Shown: positions 1 to 11,096, numbered from the stretch's first letter. The stretch: DNA of 49,755 bases from Candidatus Heimdallarchaeota archaeon (GCA_019057635.1 DXJL01000174.1:1-49755); one strand, 5' to 3'. The notes: generated from the letters alone by a model not told the origin. Program-made: numbers and translations.

Positions 1-37
1 GAATGCAAAATCGAATAAGTGAGCTTTTGAAACCCAT

Positions 38-1522
38 TTAGTTCGCCTCCAGTACCTTATCCAAAGATTCTACTCGATTCGGATTTATAATGTAAGAAGA
101 GCGTTTCTTTTCTTTAATTATCATAATTATTCCTAAATCAGAAAGCCTTTTGATATGATGTTGAACACTCGAATGATGCACATTAATTTCAGAGGATATT
201 TTTGACAAAGAAAGTGGATTACTGTTTTGTAATAATACTTTACAAAGCTCTTTAGCCACTTCACTTTTTAAAGCTAAGGCAATTTCTGATATTTGCACCG
301 ACTCTTCCCCTGTTAAATAGAAAATATGATATTTTCCAATTTTATGATGTGTTACTAGATTGAAGTCATCTAACGCTTGTAAATGCCATAAGAGAGATGA
401 TATTCCACATCCAAGAGTACGCTGTATTTCTCTTAAATGGGCTCCTTGTTCTCCCTTCTCTTCTAAATATCCAACTATTTGCATCCGCATTTCATTATCC
501 AATAAATCATCTTCATTTAATCTTCTTTTCTGAGGAGAATAAGCTATATGTGCAATAAAGAAGAAAATTCCTATTGTTGCTCCTGTGATCAACTCACGAA
601 TTCTTGAAAGGATACCAAATTTTACCAAACCAATGAACGAGAGAACGAGTCCAATAGAGATAATCCCAACTGTAGCTAACTGCTCAATCCCTGTAAACTG
701 AACCATTCCTGAGGGATTTGACAATGTTTCTGTGGTTAAGAGAGCAATATCTCCTAAGACATCTATTAAATCATCAGCAACAGGATAATTTATTCCCATT
801 AATCTAAAATCATTTGTATCTTGAGCTAATGCGACACTAGGAGAAAAACTACCTACAATCACTTTGTTTCGAACTAACCATAGACCCGATTTCAATTTTG
901 AAAGATAAGGCTCATTTTCAGGATGGTCGATTTCAGCTAGTACTACTGTTTCGTCGTGTAAACCAACCCAAGAAGAAGTTCCAGTGAAATTATATGCTAA
1001 TTGATCGAGTCCTAGGGAAGGAAGCGTTTCATTAATAATATGAATATTGTGAACTTGAGAGTTTTGATTTATCGGATAGACTTCAGGCCAATAGCTTGTT
1101 ATACCTAAATTCTGTAATTCGGTGCTAGGTGTTCTATCAAAGAACTTGTTTAGGACAAATAATCCCTTTCCACTTTGAATCCAAGTAACTAAGTCACCTA
1201 CAAAACCGAAATCAATGGGTAATTGTAGTTCATTGATCCACCAAATAGCCCTTACACTTTGATTGTCAAAATCAAATGTAGAATTGGATAATACAGCAGT
1301 TATATTATAGAAATCCACTTTGATCTCTGCATTTAAGACTAGTTCATTGCTAAGTCGTTTATCGTTATCTGAGCCATAAAAGATTGCAATTTTAGTAATT
1401 TCCACATCGGTTGTCATAGAAATATGCGCTAAGGATGCTTGAAATGTGAAGGGGAAAAGCACTACAAAGAATAAGAAAGTAAGCATTAGAAATTGAACTT
1501 TGCTAGAAAATCTTCTCACCAT
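38..1522 (-). CDS. Membrane-anchored transcriptional regulator: signal/TM, extracytoplasmic domain, TM hairpin, tandem C-terminal winged-HTH (ArsR-like)
   Basis: Hydrophobic N-terminus; TM segments near aa 283-328; two HTH motifs (GAHLREIQRTLGCGISSLLWHLQAL and LSLSKISSEINVHHSSVQHHIKRLSDLG). Confidence 0.8.
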   Translation of the reverse strand: MVRRFSSKVQFLMLTFLFFVVLFPFTFQASLAHISMTTDVEITKIAIFYGSDNDKRLSNELVLNAEIKVDFYNITAVLSNSTFDFDNQSVRAIWWINELQLPIDFGFVGDLVTWIQSGKGLFVLNKFFDRTPSTELQNLGITSYWPEVYPINQNSQVHNIHIINETLPSLGLDQLAYNFTGTSSWVGLHDETVVLAEIDHPENEPYLSKLKSGLWLVRNKVIVGSFSPSVALAQDTNDFRLMGINYPVADDLIDVLGDIALLTTETLSNPSGMVQFTGIEQLATVGIISIGLVLSFIGLVKFGILSRIRELITGATIGIFFFIAHIAYSPQKRRLNEDDLLDNEMRMQIVGYLEEKGEQGAHLREIQRTLGCGISSLLWHLQALDDFNLVTHHKIGKYHIFYLTGEESVQISEIALALKSEVAKELCKVLLQNSNPLSLSKISSEINVHHSSVQHHIKRLSDLGIIMIIKEKKRSSYIINPNRVESLDKVLEAN

Positions 1523-1642
1523 TCTTGAAAAGCACCTTTAGACCTAATTTAGTTTAATTATGATAATAAGTTATCCGAATCAATATTCCGTACCCTGATT
1601 TTTCGAAGTAACATTTAATCTTCCCTATCGCCTGTGATGAAT

Positions 1643-1655
1643 TTTGTCCGACAAA
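1643..1655. promoter_or_regulatory. Palindromic operator-like site TTTGTC-C-GACAAA
   Basis: Perfect 6-1-6 inverted repeat between the divergent regulator and pilin genes. Confidence 0.35.
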
Positions 1656-1925
1656 TTTTAACTTGTGTTACGACTTAAGGGAATATCTTATGAAACTTCA
1701 ATTAAGGCAATTAAAAGTTATTTCCAGATATTTTATAAGAAAAAAAAGAATCTGCGTAGACTTTGTTCAGAAGTGGTTATAATATGAAGACTAGTTATTT
1801 TGAAATGCTTAAATAATTGCGTTGGTATGATGACCCTACGCGAATATGTGTATGAGAATACTATGTTTACACATTAAGTCGAATTATTACTTTAAAAAAT
1901 TAAATTCGAAATACATTTCAAGTAG

Positions 1926-2987
1926 ATGAATATTATGAATCTAGTAAAAATATACCGCAAAAGACGAGCGGTGTCCCCGATTTTAGCAGCTATCTTGTTA
2001 ATCGGCTTAGCTGTGGCTGCGGGTGCAGTACTTTTCGTTGTTGTTCTTCCAATGATTGGAGGAACCGCTAAAGTTGAGTTTGTGAGTGCAGTTGCCGCTG
2101 ATCGTAACAGCGATGGCCTAATAGATCAAATTACTGTTTCGGTTCAAAATTCAGGATCTGATGCAGATACATTTTCTGAAGGAATTATCTCCTTAACTGG
2201 TTGGAGTGTTTCAGGAAATGTTGAAATAGGATTAGCCGCTCCTGTGAGCTTGGTTTTTAAGACAACAGATGTAGCACAACAAATTTCTGAAGTACAGACA
2301 TTATCAATAACTCTCAATTTCGATAGCAGTCCAGATGTTGTTATAGCTGAAACTGATGTTGATATGGATCACGCTGCAACATTAACTGATTCTGATATGT
2401 TAATTGACTTTACTGATGGATTCTGGTACGCAGAAAAAGTAAATGGTGGAGCTGCAACTGGAAGTGATACGTTATATTCTACTGACGAAACACGTTCAAC
2501 TCATGCAGGGAAAGCAGGAGCTCAGATAGATCACAACGGTGCCAATGCGAATCAGGATGATGTAATCTATTTCCGAAGTAATGCAGACACAAGCGATCAG
2601 TGGCAAGACAATCAAAATACTAAAGCACTCTCCCCTGAAGAATGGGATGTAGCAGCAACTCCAATATTAAGCTTTTGGATAAAAATTGATGGTGGAACCG
2701 CTGTAGCAGGTGGAGCTACTGACCCCGATCTTTATCTTGTACTGGCAATGTACGATGGCGAAACTCTGGAACAAGAAAGTCAAAATGTTCTTGGAAATGA
2801 AATAGAAGACATTGCAGTAGATCTTCGATCCGCTGATAGTGGATGGGTTCATGTAACGATTGATTTGTCCCAATTTAGCGGAACCTGGGCAGCTACAATG
2901 GTTGGGAGTTTTGGTATTCGAGTGATAGCTGATGCAAATTTAAATGTTGCTATTGACGATGTTTCCGTCCATACTGCTTTAAACTAA
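1926..2987 (+). CDS. Archaeal type IV pilin-like protein (class III signal peptide) with large C-terminal beta-rich, possibly carbohydrate-binding domain
   Basis: KRRA|VSPILAAILLIGLAVAAGAVLFVVV prepilin-peptidase motif; acidic beta-strand-rich C-terminus; T-rich terminator-like run after the stop. Confidence 0.85.
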   Translation: MNIMNLVKIYRKRRAVSPILAAILLIGLAVAAGAVLFVVVLPMIGGTAKVEFVSAVAADRNSDGLIDQITVSVQNSGSDADTFSEGIISLTGWSVSGNVEIGLAAPVSLVFKTTDVAQQISEVQTLSITLNFDSSPDVVIAETDVDMDHAATLTDSDMLIDFTDGFWYAEKVNGGAATGSDTLYSTDETRSTHAGKAGAQIDHNGANANQDDVIYFRSNADTSDQWQDNQNTKALSPEEWDVAATPILSFWIKIDGGTAVAGGATDPDLYLVLAMYDGETLEQESQNVLGNEIEDIAVDLRSADSGWVHVTIDLSQFSGTWAATMVGSFGIRVIADANLNVAIDDVSVHTALN

Positions 2988-3058
2988 GGGATATTATTAT
3001 CCCTCCTCTTTTTTCTTTATTTTTTAGAAATCTTCAACTTATGGAAGATAACGTATTT

Positions 3059-3550
3059 TCATTTTAATCTGCAGAATTCTGAACGATTTCTGACAAATTT
3101 ATTAACCGCCATTTTCCCATCAGTCAAGACTTGACGTATATTAATTGCAAAATCATCCCAATAAGCAATTAATCTCTCTCTCTGATCCTTAGTTTTTACC
3201 ATTTCTGTTGTAAGAAAAAAGGATATTTGATAGCCTTCTTCTGGACTTCTAATTACTTTGACATGAGGACCAGGATTTCGCCATAATTCATTCTGGATAT
3301 GGTCAAAAATGAACGCTTCTACAGGATCATTAAATGTTAATTTAAGTGATACAATTGCAGAGTTCCCTTGTTTTATCATTATCCCATTCTTAAACTCAAT
3401 AATTTCTCGTTTTATGTTCTCACAGCATGGGTGATCTGGATCAAGAATGCAATTCGGTTCCATACCCGACGTACAAGGGACTGGATATAGTTGTATTTGT
3501 GATTCGTCTAATGTCAATGTAAACTCACCAAACATGACAAATTTTATCAT
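3059..3550 (-). CDS. Arp2/3 complex subunit 4 (ARPC4/p20)-like protein
   Basis: NSAIVSL...DPVE...RSPEEGYQISFFLT...KMAVNKFVR aligns with eukaryotic ARPC4 NSVRVSI...DEIE...RKPVEGYDISFLIT...KLSVNARAR; similar length. Confidence 0.8.
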   Translation of the reverse strand: MIKFVMFGEFTLTLDESQIQLYPVPCTSGMEPNCILDPDHPCCENIKREIIEFKNGIMIKQGNSAIVSLKLTFNDPVEAFIFDHIQNELWRNPGPHVKVIRSPEEGYQISFFLTTEMVKTKDQRERLIAYWDDFAINIRQVLTDGKMAVNKFVRNRSEFCRLK

Positions 3551-3622
3551 TAGGAGAATAGAAGTGTCACTAGGAGGTGCCAGATTTTAAGTTAATAAAA
3601 TTGAGGAGGGAACCTAAGATTG

Positions 3623-5265
3623 CTGTTCTGATAGACTTACCCAAATAGGACTGTTAAAAATAATTAGGAAAAATTATTACAAACAGGCCTTGGAGCTGTT
3701 CTTCCTGATTCATCGACGCGTGCCTGCTGAAATACAGGTCTTACCACCTCTCCACAGGCGTTTAAGGTCTCCGCAGAACTCTCGGCGACCGGAAAGAGTT
3801 GATACTGATAAATAACATAATAATTGACAACATTAAGTGCAGCGTTCTGATCGCGATCTAATATCAACCCACATAACGGGCAATGAAAGATCCGATCAGC
3901 TAACGTCAAATCCCGACGGTAATAAAGGCAATTCGAGCATAATTTCGAGGAAGGGAACCAGCGATCGATTTCAATCACCATGGAACCACATAAAGGCGCC
4001 TTATATGCGAGGAAACGCTGAAACAGACCATGTGAAAGATCGGCCCAAAATTTACTGAGCTTTTTATTTTGCATTAATCCTTTGATATGTAAATCCTCAG
4101 TAACTATCAAGCTGTGGTTTTTAGCCAGATAAGTTGAGGTTTGATGCAAAAAATTATGTCGTTGGTTGGTAATTCGACGATAAAATCACGCTAAACGGAG
4201 GGCTGATTTCCGTTTATTATTTGAGCTGTTCGGTTTCCGCTAATGAGCCTTCGATAAGCAACGCTGTTTCCGAGCTTGACGGAGGAGAAAATTAGGTCGT
4301 GCGATTGGGATTCCAGAAGATAAAGCTGTAAAGACGGTTAATCCTTTATCCAAGGCGACAAGTGGATCCTCATTGGGTTCACGATCAATTTGTTCCTCTT
4401 TCACGGTAAGAGCTACATACCAGTGATCCGCAGTCCGAGAAACCGTGACACTCAGTATCCGTGCTGATGAGAGTAAATTTGGCCTTTCTTTTAGCCGTAA
4501 TTTTCCCAGACGAGGTAATTGCACCTGTTTTACCTCTGGAAAAAGGCGAGCCACTCCAGTCAATCGAAAGCTGTCCTTACACTTGCCCTTTTTCTTGAAT
4601 CTGGGCAATCCGACATAGTGGGTGGTTTGCTTCCTTTTTCTTTGTTGATGATTGGTGAAGAAATTCTGATAGCCACGATCTAAGTCGCGGAGTACTTCTT
4701 GCGGAACGTATTTCGAGACCTCATACATCTAGGGAAAATCGGTTTGTTTCAAGCGATTTAATTCTTTATGTTGTTTCATGGCATTAGTATAACGAGCAGC
4801 ACCTATTCACGTTCGATAGCGTTTTTTTCGATTGGTTAATCCCCAGTTCCAAGCAAATCGCGATATACCTGCACATTTAGCTAGTAGCGTCCGTTCCTTA
4901 TTATTTACTTTTAATTCGTACTTGTACCCTCGTGTACGGAACAACCCTGACCATCCTTACTAGTACCTGCTATCCTCGCATAACTTTCTTGATTGATTAG
5001 GAGCTTTTCTGCTTATAAACCTATTAAACCCCGTGATCCAAATCAAATTTGCTTATTTGCCGTTAGTCTAGTATCAAGAGGTAAACTAGTTCGTTGCTAG
5101 TGTTATAATCTCATGAGATCGGTTCAATCATCTGTTAATGCTATTTTTTAATCTCTATCCCCTCTTCTTCCCTTTTCCTTCAGTAACTAGCTATCTGTTT
5201 CTCTCTTCCCCTTGAAACCTTCTTTTCCTATTTGGCCATACATGTCCATATTTGTCCATAAAATA
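3623..5265 (-). mobile_element. Non-autonomous IS607/IS605-group element carrying only tnpB (ends approximate)
   Basis: tnpB remnant with higher GC than the flanks; left end has three TATGGAC/TATGGCC repeats at 10-bp spacing (5234-5260); TCCTATTTGG is inverted at both ends (3641-3650 and 5226-5235). Confidence 0.6.
3664..4944 (-). pseudogene. tnpB: TnpB pseudogene with four in-frame stop codons
   Basis: One frame from TTG 4944 (FRTRGYKYELKVN..RFAWNWGL) through ALDKG, VTEDL, CSNC/CPLC and DRDQNAA; stops at 4807-4809, 4729-4731, 4240-4242 and 4186-4188. Confidence 0.9.
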
Positions 5266-5322
5266 ATAGATAGTTATCAATCCCTTATGCGAAAAGATGT
5301 TATATTTTCACATAATAAAAAA

Positions 5323-5751
5323 TTAAAAGTCTCGAGTTTTCAAGAGCTTCATTTTGGTAGAGCTAACCAAATAATGCATTAAACCCAACTTTACATTTGA
5401 ATCTGTTATTAACACAAGGATCGTACTTTGTACTTTTGAAATTATTCCTAACCCAATGGGAGTTTGAACATGAAGAAAATCCACCTGATCCCCCAAATTT
5501 AATTGGATACACGCACTTGAGAATGTACTAACAATACCTGCTACCATTGCTGATACAACTGTCTCTACTTCATCTGATATAGGTAATGTTCTCGCAGATA
5601 ATATGGGAAACCCCTCCTCACTTACTAACAAAACTTTTTTGACTCCTTTTACCGTTCCAAGACCATCAATGATTTTTTGAACTTTATCCATTGAATTATA
5701 TCCGTTACTATCCCCTAATGTCATATTTTCAAAAGTGGCCATAATTTTCAC
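5323..5751 (-). CDS. Roadblock/LC7 (MglB-like) domain protein
   Basis: GVKKVLLVSEEGFPI...SAMVAGI...LVLITDSNVKLGLMHY roadblock signature. Confidence 0.85.
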   Translation of the reverse strand: MKIMATFENMTLGDSNGYNSMDKVQKIIDGLGTVKGVKKVLLVSEEGFPILSARTLPISDEVETVVSAMVAGIVSTFSSACIQLNLGDQVDFLHVQTPIGLGIISKVQSTILVLITDSNVKLGLMHYLVSSTKMKLLKTRDF

Positions 5752-6113
5752 CTTTTAGATGTTCTATAATATTATCTTATTTTTTACTTATAATATCCCA
5801 AAATCAAAATATTGGATCATCACATTTGATAGATCCGATCTAATTATGCTAGATGGTCTTATATGTCAATAAAAGTTTTAATAGTAATTACAATCGAATC
5901 GTTGCATAGATTAAATTTCATTTTGTAATTATCAAGCTTTAGAGGAACAAATCCTTAGTTGGTACGGCAATTTAACTATTAATTATAAATAAAGAGGAAA
6001 TATTCTATTATTCAAAGAATTAATACTTACATTTAGGAGCGATACTCAAGTCCTAAGAGAAGCTTTTATTATCGTATTCTTATCCGAGGCAAATAGGCAA
6101 AGAGGTTAATGGA

Positions 6114-6296
6114 ATGAGTGAAAACATAAAAATGCAACGTTGTAATCCTTGTCAAGTTGCAGTTATGCCAAGTGAACATGGAACAGCTCGTTTTCCCTGC
6201 CCATCATGCGGAATGATACCAATAATTCGATGTGAGCGATGTCGAAAACTTGGAAATCGCTATATTTGTCCTAATTGTGGTTTTTCTGGACCCTAA
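6114..6296 (+). CDS. Zn-ribbon RNA-binding protein (DUF1610/COG2888)
   Basis: FPCPSCG...RCERCRKLG..YICPNCGFSGP; typical position upstream of EF-1beta. Confidence 0.9.
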   Translation: MSENIKMQRCNPCQVAVMPSEHGTARFPCPSCGMIPIIRCERCRKLGNRYICPNCGFSGP

Positions 6297-6361
6297 TTCT
6301 GTATTTATCAAAAATACTAATATTTCGTGATTTAATGACTTTATTGTTAAGATGATCGGCC

Positions 6362-6649
6362 ATGTCTAACGTATTAAGTATCTTAAAGGTATACCCTGCT
6401 TCTCCAGAGGCAAATCGTGAGGAACTGTTAGCTAAAGCGAAAAGTGAACTATCTGAAGGACTAGAGATAGAAATACTAAAATACGAAGAAGAACCTTTGT
6501 TTTTCGGATTAGTGGCGATGAAACTTTTCGTAAAGACTGTTGATTCGGAAGAAGGCAATGAAGTTCTTCAGACGTTTGAGCAAAGGCTTATCGATGTAGA
6601 AGAAATTGATAATTGTGAAGTAGAACTTCAGACAATAATTGATTATTAA
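6362..6649 (+). CDS. ef1b: Elongation factor 1-beta
   Basis: LKVYPASPE...EEPLFFGLVAMKL motif. Confidence 0.9.
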   Translation: MSNVLSILKVYPASPEANREELLAKAKSELSEGLEIEILKYEEEPLFFGLVAMKLFVKTVDSEEGNEVLQTFEQRLIDVEEIDNCEVELQTIIDY

Positions 6650-6811
6650 ATAGACATTTTCATTTTCATCTCCGTCTTAGAGGATTGATTGGGGGAAGAT
6701 TTCGTGGAAAAAAATTATTCCACTCGTTGTATTTTTGAATCTTCAAAAGAAAACTATTATTAAACATAACAATTTTGAATGAGATTAGCATAAGAATTTC
6801 ACAATAAATCT

Positions 6812-9016
6812 GTGAGTTGGCGGATTAACTTGGCAAACGAAGTAGTACTGAAAGTAGCTGAAGCCCGACAAAGGGACGTAGGCCGTGGAAAGATTCGAAT
6901 GGATGATATCAACATGAGAGAAATTGGAATAACAACAGGGGATGTTGTTGAAATCCGAGGCCGCCAAAAAACAGGTGCTATAGCTTGGCCTGCTTACATT
7001 GAAGATCAAGGAGCTGGTATTGTACGCATGGACGGGATCATTCGAAGAAATGCCAAAGTATCTCTAGAAGAAAACGTCCGTATACGTAAAGCCCAAATCA
7101 AAGTTGCTAAAACAGTCAATATAGCACCAACTCGTCAAATATCTTTAGATTATGGATTTGAAGCCTTTGTAAAAAGGAAACTACTAGGCTATCCTGTTTC
7201 TAAAAATGACACAGTGCTAATTCCAATATTAGGTCGGTCTATTCCATTCGTCGTTAATTCTACGACTCCTGCAGAGATTGTACTTATTACTGATACAACC
7301 AAGCTCAATGTTTCAGAAAAACCGGTTTCTGAAACAGAAACCAGTATGCCAGGAGTAAGCTATGAGGATATCGGTGGATTATCTGATGCCATTCAAAAAA
7401 TTCGAGAAATGGTAGAGCTTCCTCTAAACCACCCGGAACTTTTCAAGAAATTAGGAATTGATCCTCCCAAGGGAGTATTATTACATGGTCCTCCTGGAAC
7501 AGGAAAAACCCTTATTGCAAAGGCAGTTGCTAATGAATCTGATGCGCATTTTATTCCCATACAGGGCCCAGAAATTATGTCCAAATTTTACGGTGAGAGT
7601 GAAGCGCGCTTACGAGATATCTTCAAAGAGGCGGAAGACAATGCACCCAGTATCATTTTTATTGATGAAATTGATGCTATCGCTCCCAAAAGAGAAGATG
7701 TCACGGGAGAAGTTGAAAGAAGGGTTGTAGCCCAGATTCTTGCATTAATGGATGGCCTAGAAAGTCGAGGAGAGACCATTGTGATTGGGGCCACAAACCG
7801 CCCTAATGCTGTAGATCCTGCATTGCGAAGACCAGGGAGATTTGATAGAGAAATTGAAATTGGGGTACCTGATCAAAATGAAAGACTGGAGATACTTCAA
7901 ATTCATACAAGACGAATGCCAGGTATTGAAAAAGTTGACATCAAGAAGTTAGCCGTTATTACACACGGATTTGTCGGTGCAGATCTCGCAGCTCTAGGTA
8001 GAGAAGCTGCAATGAGGAAATTACGCGAAATTCTACCTGATGTTAATTTAAGCGATGATACAATCCCACCAGCAGTACTTGACAATTTGGAAGTTGAAGA
8101 CCGTCATTTTGGAGATGCTTTAAAAGAAATTCACCCCTCTGCTATACGTGAAGTATTCATAGAAGTTCCCAATGTACGATGGACGGACATTGGAGGTATG
8201 GACCAAGTAAAACAGGAACTTATCGAAATTGTAGAATGGCCATTCAAACATAAAGAAAATTTTGAACGAATTGGCATCCATCCACCTCGAGCGGTCTTGT
8301 TATTCGGTGCTCCTGGCACAGGTAAAACACTGTTGGCTAAAGCAATTGCCACGGAAAGTCAGGTGAATTTCATTAGTGTTAAAGGTCCCGAATTGATTTC
8401 TAAGTGGGTAGGGGAAAGTGAAAAGGCAATTAGAGAAATATTTAGGAAAGCTCGCACTGCAGCTCCAGCTCTTATATTTTTTGATGAAATCGATGCAGTA
8501 GCGGCAAAACGTGGATCATCTGGCTCATCTGGCGCCAATGAACGTGTAATAAGTCAGCTTTTAACAGAACTTGCGGGTATTGAACCTTTGCGTGATGTCG
8601 CTGTTTTAGCTGCAACAAACCGTCCTGATATGATTGATCCCGCTCTTCTCAGACCAGGACGCTTTGACAGGGTCGTATATATCCCACCTCCCGAAGAAGA
8701 TAGCCGGAGAAAGATCTTAGAAATTCATACCCGAGATATGCCATTAGGAAAAGATGTGAATTTAGATCGATTAGCAAAAGAAACTGAATTTTATGTAGGA
8801 GCGGATCTCGAAGCCATTTGTAGAGAAGCGGGAATGCTCGCATTACGGGAGAACTTAAAGGCTGATATAGTGTTATGGAGGCATTTTGAACAGGCATTAT
8901 CGAGTGTCCACTCCTCTTGCACACCAGATATGATGAAATGGTATAAAGATCAAGAATTGCAATTCAGACGTCGAATAGGAATGGATTCACCTCAGACGAT
9001 TCCGCTCTTCGGATAA
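6812..9016 (+). CDS. cdc48: Cdc48/VCP-family AAA+ ATPase (true start possibly TTG 6830)
   Basis: N-domain plus two AAA modules ([23 protein letters not shown] and [15 protein letters not shown]). Confidence 0.97.
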   Translation: MSWRINLANEVVLKVAEARQRDVGRGKIRMDDINMREIGITTGDVVEIRGRQKTGAIAWPAYIEDQGAGIVRMDGIIRRNAKVSLEENVRIRKAQIKVAKTVNIAPTRQISLDYGFEAFVKRKLLGYPVSKNDTVLIPILGRSIPFVVNSTTPAEIVLITDTTKLNVSEKPVSETETSMPGVSYEDIGGLSDAIQKIREMVELPLNHPELFKKLGIDPPKGVLLHGPPGTGKTLIAKAVANESDAHFIPIQGPEIMSKFYGESEARLRDIFKEAEDNAPSIIFIDEIDAIAPKREDVTGEVERRVVAQILALMDGLESRGETIVIGATNRPNAVDPALRRPGRFDREIEIGVPDQNERLEILQIHTRRMPGIEKVDIKKLAVITHGFVGADLAALGREAAMRKLREILPDVNLSDDTIPPAVLDNLEVEDRHFGDALKEIHPSAIREVFIEVPNVRWTDIGGMDQVKQELIEIVEWPFKHKENFERIGIHPPRAVLLFGAPGTGKTLLAKAIATESQVNFISVKGPELISKWVGESEKAIREIFRKARTAAPALIFFDEIDAVAAKRGSSGSSGANERVISQLLTELAGIEPLRDVAVLAATNRPDMIDPALLRPGRFDRVVYIPPPEEDSRRKILEIHTRDMPLGKDVNLDRLAKETEFYVGADLEAICREAGMLALRENLKADIVLWRHFEQALSSVHSSCTPDMMKWYKDQELQFRRRIGMDSPQTIPLFG

Positions 9017-9165
9017 AAGAAAAGCAATTTGGTAATTCGAATAGTTAAATAGTTGTTTATCATTACTTATGAAATGGCTTTAACAGCCATAAAGTCCACA
9101 AAATCAATCTAATTTTAAAGATTTATTCCAAAAGGAACGATTAAAACAAGGTATAGTGACATTTA

Positions 9166-9438
9166 ATGGAATCACCAAAGTACCCATATTGGAGGCCATT
9201 TCCTTTAACTTTTTCAATAATGAATATTGTCGAGCGAAGAGAAGGGATTCTATTAGAAGATGATTTAGTTCGTCTATTAGAGTCGGATGTGGGGGAATTT
9301 TCTGATCGAGAATTGAATCAAGCACTAATGAAGCTAGAAATCGAAGGATTAATTCATGTCCAGACGATAAAGAAAAACCAAAGAGTTATCAAACGCATCC
9401 AAAAAGGGAATAGATTCCTTACAGTGGGAGAAGACTAA
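9166..9438 (+). CDS. Small winged-helix protein
   Basis: SDRELNQALMKLEIEGLIHV winged-helix pattern. Confidence 0.6.
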   Translation: MESPKYPYWRPFPLTFSIMNIVERREGILLEDDLVRLLESDVGEFSDRELNQALMKLEIEGLIHVQTIKKNQRVIKRIQKGNRFLTVGED

Positions 9439-9444
9439 CAGATA

Positions 9445-10392
9445 CTAACTAATTTTTAATTTTAAGTCTAATTTGCAGAGTAATTGGCATACAGGGCAGG
9501 TTTCTTGTGTAGTTAACTCTTTGCATACCTTACACAAGTACGTAGTTGATGAAACCTCAGATTTCGTAAAGTATTGCGATAATGAGTCGTGTACATTGAC
9601 AATATTAACCAAGGTACTGGGACGTTTCTTTTCCATTTCTGATAAAAATGCTCGGATGTCGTTTCTCATTGCAGTAAATGCATAGGGACATGGTACTGAA
9701 TGATATTCTAAATTGCTCGCATGGGCATAAAGTACAATTTCGGGTTCAGATATTTTAACTAATGGACGAATGCGAGGGACGAGTGAAGGAAACTTTCTCA
9801 CTGGAATTCTAGAAATTCTTTTGAATCTTCCTGAATCCCCCCGAAGAAGATTCATTACAATTGACTGGGCTTCATCATCTAAATTATGAGCAGTAGCAAT
9901 TTTAGTAATTTCTGCTAACTGACTTCCATAGTTTAATGCTCTTCGGCGTAAAATACCACATAAACCACAAGCAGATAAAGAAATTCCCTCCTTCTTACTC
10001 CTATACACGATTTCGTCTAATGTTGCACCATATAAATCTTTAAAAGATACAATAATATGTTTGAAATTATATTTTGAGGAAATCTTCTTCGTTAATTCTA
10101 GAAAACCCTCACGATATCCTTCTATTCCTTCATCTATTGTAATTACTGTTACTTGGTTCTTGGAATGACGATTTAGGGTTATTTTTGATAACATATGTAA
10201 TAATACAGTGCTATCTTTGCCTCCTGAATAGCCTAGACCAATATGATCATCTTTACTTAGCATATTGTATCTTAATATTGATTTTTTAACTCGGTTTTCA
10301 ATCAGTTCAAGAAAATGCTGTTTACATAAAATTTTCCTTGTCATAGGATTCTTAGTATATGGTGGATCACTACAACAATTCGATTCCTGCAT
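9445..10392 (-). CDS. ttuA: tRNA 2-thiouridine synthase TtuA/Ncs6 (TIGR00269-like)
   Basis: PP-loop SGGKDS, CGLCGILRR, HNLDDEAQ, CPY, C-terminal Zn finger. Confidence 0.88.
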   Translation of the reverse strand: MQESNCCSDPPYTKNPMTRKILCKQHFLELIENRVKKSILRYNMLSKDDHIGLGYSGGKDSTVLLHMLSKITLNRHSKNQVTVITIDEGIEGYREGFLELTKKISSKYNFKHIIVSFKDLYGATLDEIVYRSKKEGISLSACGLCGILRRRALNYGSQLAEITKIATAHNLDDEAQSIVMNLLRGDSGRFKRISRIPVRKFPSLVPRIRPLVKISEPEIVLYAHASNLEYHSVPCPYAFTAMRNDIRAFLSEMEKKRPSTLVNIVNVHDSLSQYFTKSEVSSTTYLCKVCKELTTQETCPVCQLLCKLDLKLKIS

Positions 10393-10409
10393 ATCGATAC
10401 AACTGTGGA

Positions 10410-10700
10410 CTATGTTTTACGCTCAGAAACATGCAATTTAACAAGGGGAGGACACACTTTATCTGCAATTACTCCTCCATAAGCTATCGCTTTCTTTGAT
10501 AACTCTTCGACATCTAATTTTGAAAATGCGGTTACTTCGAGAAATAAGCTTATTTCGATGTTTAATTCTCCCTTTTCAGAGGTTTCTATCGATATATCGA
10601 TTTCGTCATGCCCTAACTCTTCCCCTGCTTCGGTAACTAAAAAATTGTGAATTTCCTCATATAAGTAGTCAAGTAAATCATCGGGATTCATAATGGGCAA
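10410..10700 (-). CDS. DUF3194-like protein
   Basis: Size, acidic composition and conserved position downstream of prefoldin beta. Confidence 0.55.
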   Translation of the reverse strand: MPIMNPDDLLDYLYEEIHNFLVTEAGEELGHDEIDISIETSEKGELNIEISLFLEVTAFSKLDVEELSKKAIAYGGVIADKVCPPLVKLHVSERKT

Positions 10701-10751
10701 AGAATTTCAGCTTGATTTGTTCAATGTTGAAGGGAAACGGATGTGAGAAGA

Positions 10752-11096
10752 TCATCCAAGATCTTGACTTAATTTCTTCTGTAATTCCTCAAAACGTTCC
10801 ACATTTTGTTTTTCTTGAGAGGACAATCCTTTTTTCTGAATTTCAAGGAGTTCCCCTTTCTCAGTTAACTCTTTTAAAACGTTTTGAGCCTTTTTTGGAA
10901 ACATGACGCCTCCAACAGCTTTCCAGACCTCAGTATCTCCTTCAAGATTTTGTAACTCTTTTTTTGTCACCCCTATTTCTGAAAGGGCTCTCTCAATTTC
11001 ATTTAACTGAATACGGAGATTTTGTATATTTTGTTCAAGAGTCCTATATCGCACCAGTTGTTCTTGTTGAGCGGGGGAGAGTTCAGGGAGTGTCAT
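10752..11096 (-). CDS. pfdB: Prefoldin beta subunit
   Basis: Coiled coils flanking the VWKAVGGVMF beta-hairpin. Confidence 0.92.
   Translation of the reverse strand: MTLPELSPAQQEQLVRYRTLEQNIQNLRIQLNEIERALSEIGVTKKELQNLEGDTEVWKAVGGVMFPKKAQNVLKELTEKGELLEIQKKGLSSQEKQNVERFEELQKKLSQDLG

Noticed and set aside
3664-4944. In-frame TGA/TAG in tnpB as Sec/Pyl recoding or an alternative genetic code
   Set aside because: TGA and TAG end many normal genes here, and the stops sit at ordinary Trp/Arg/Ser-type positions, consistent with decay
5800-5870. GTGATGA on the minus strand upstream of the roadblock gene
   Set aside because: No matching D box with proper spacing or closing stem
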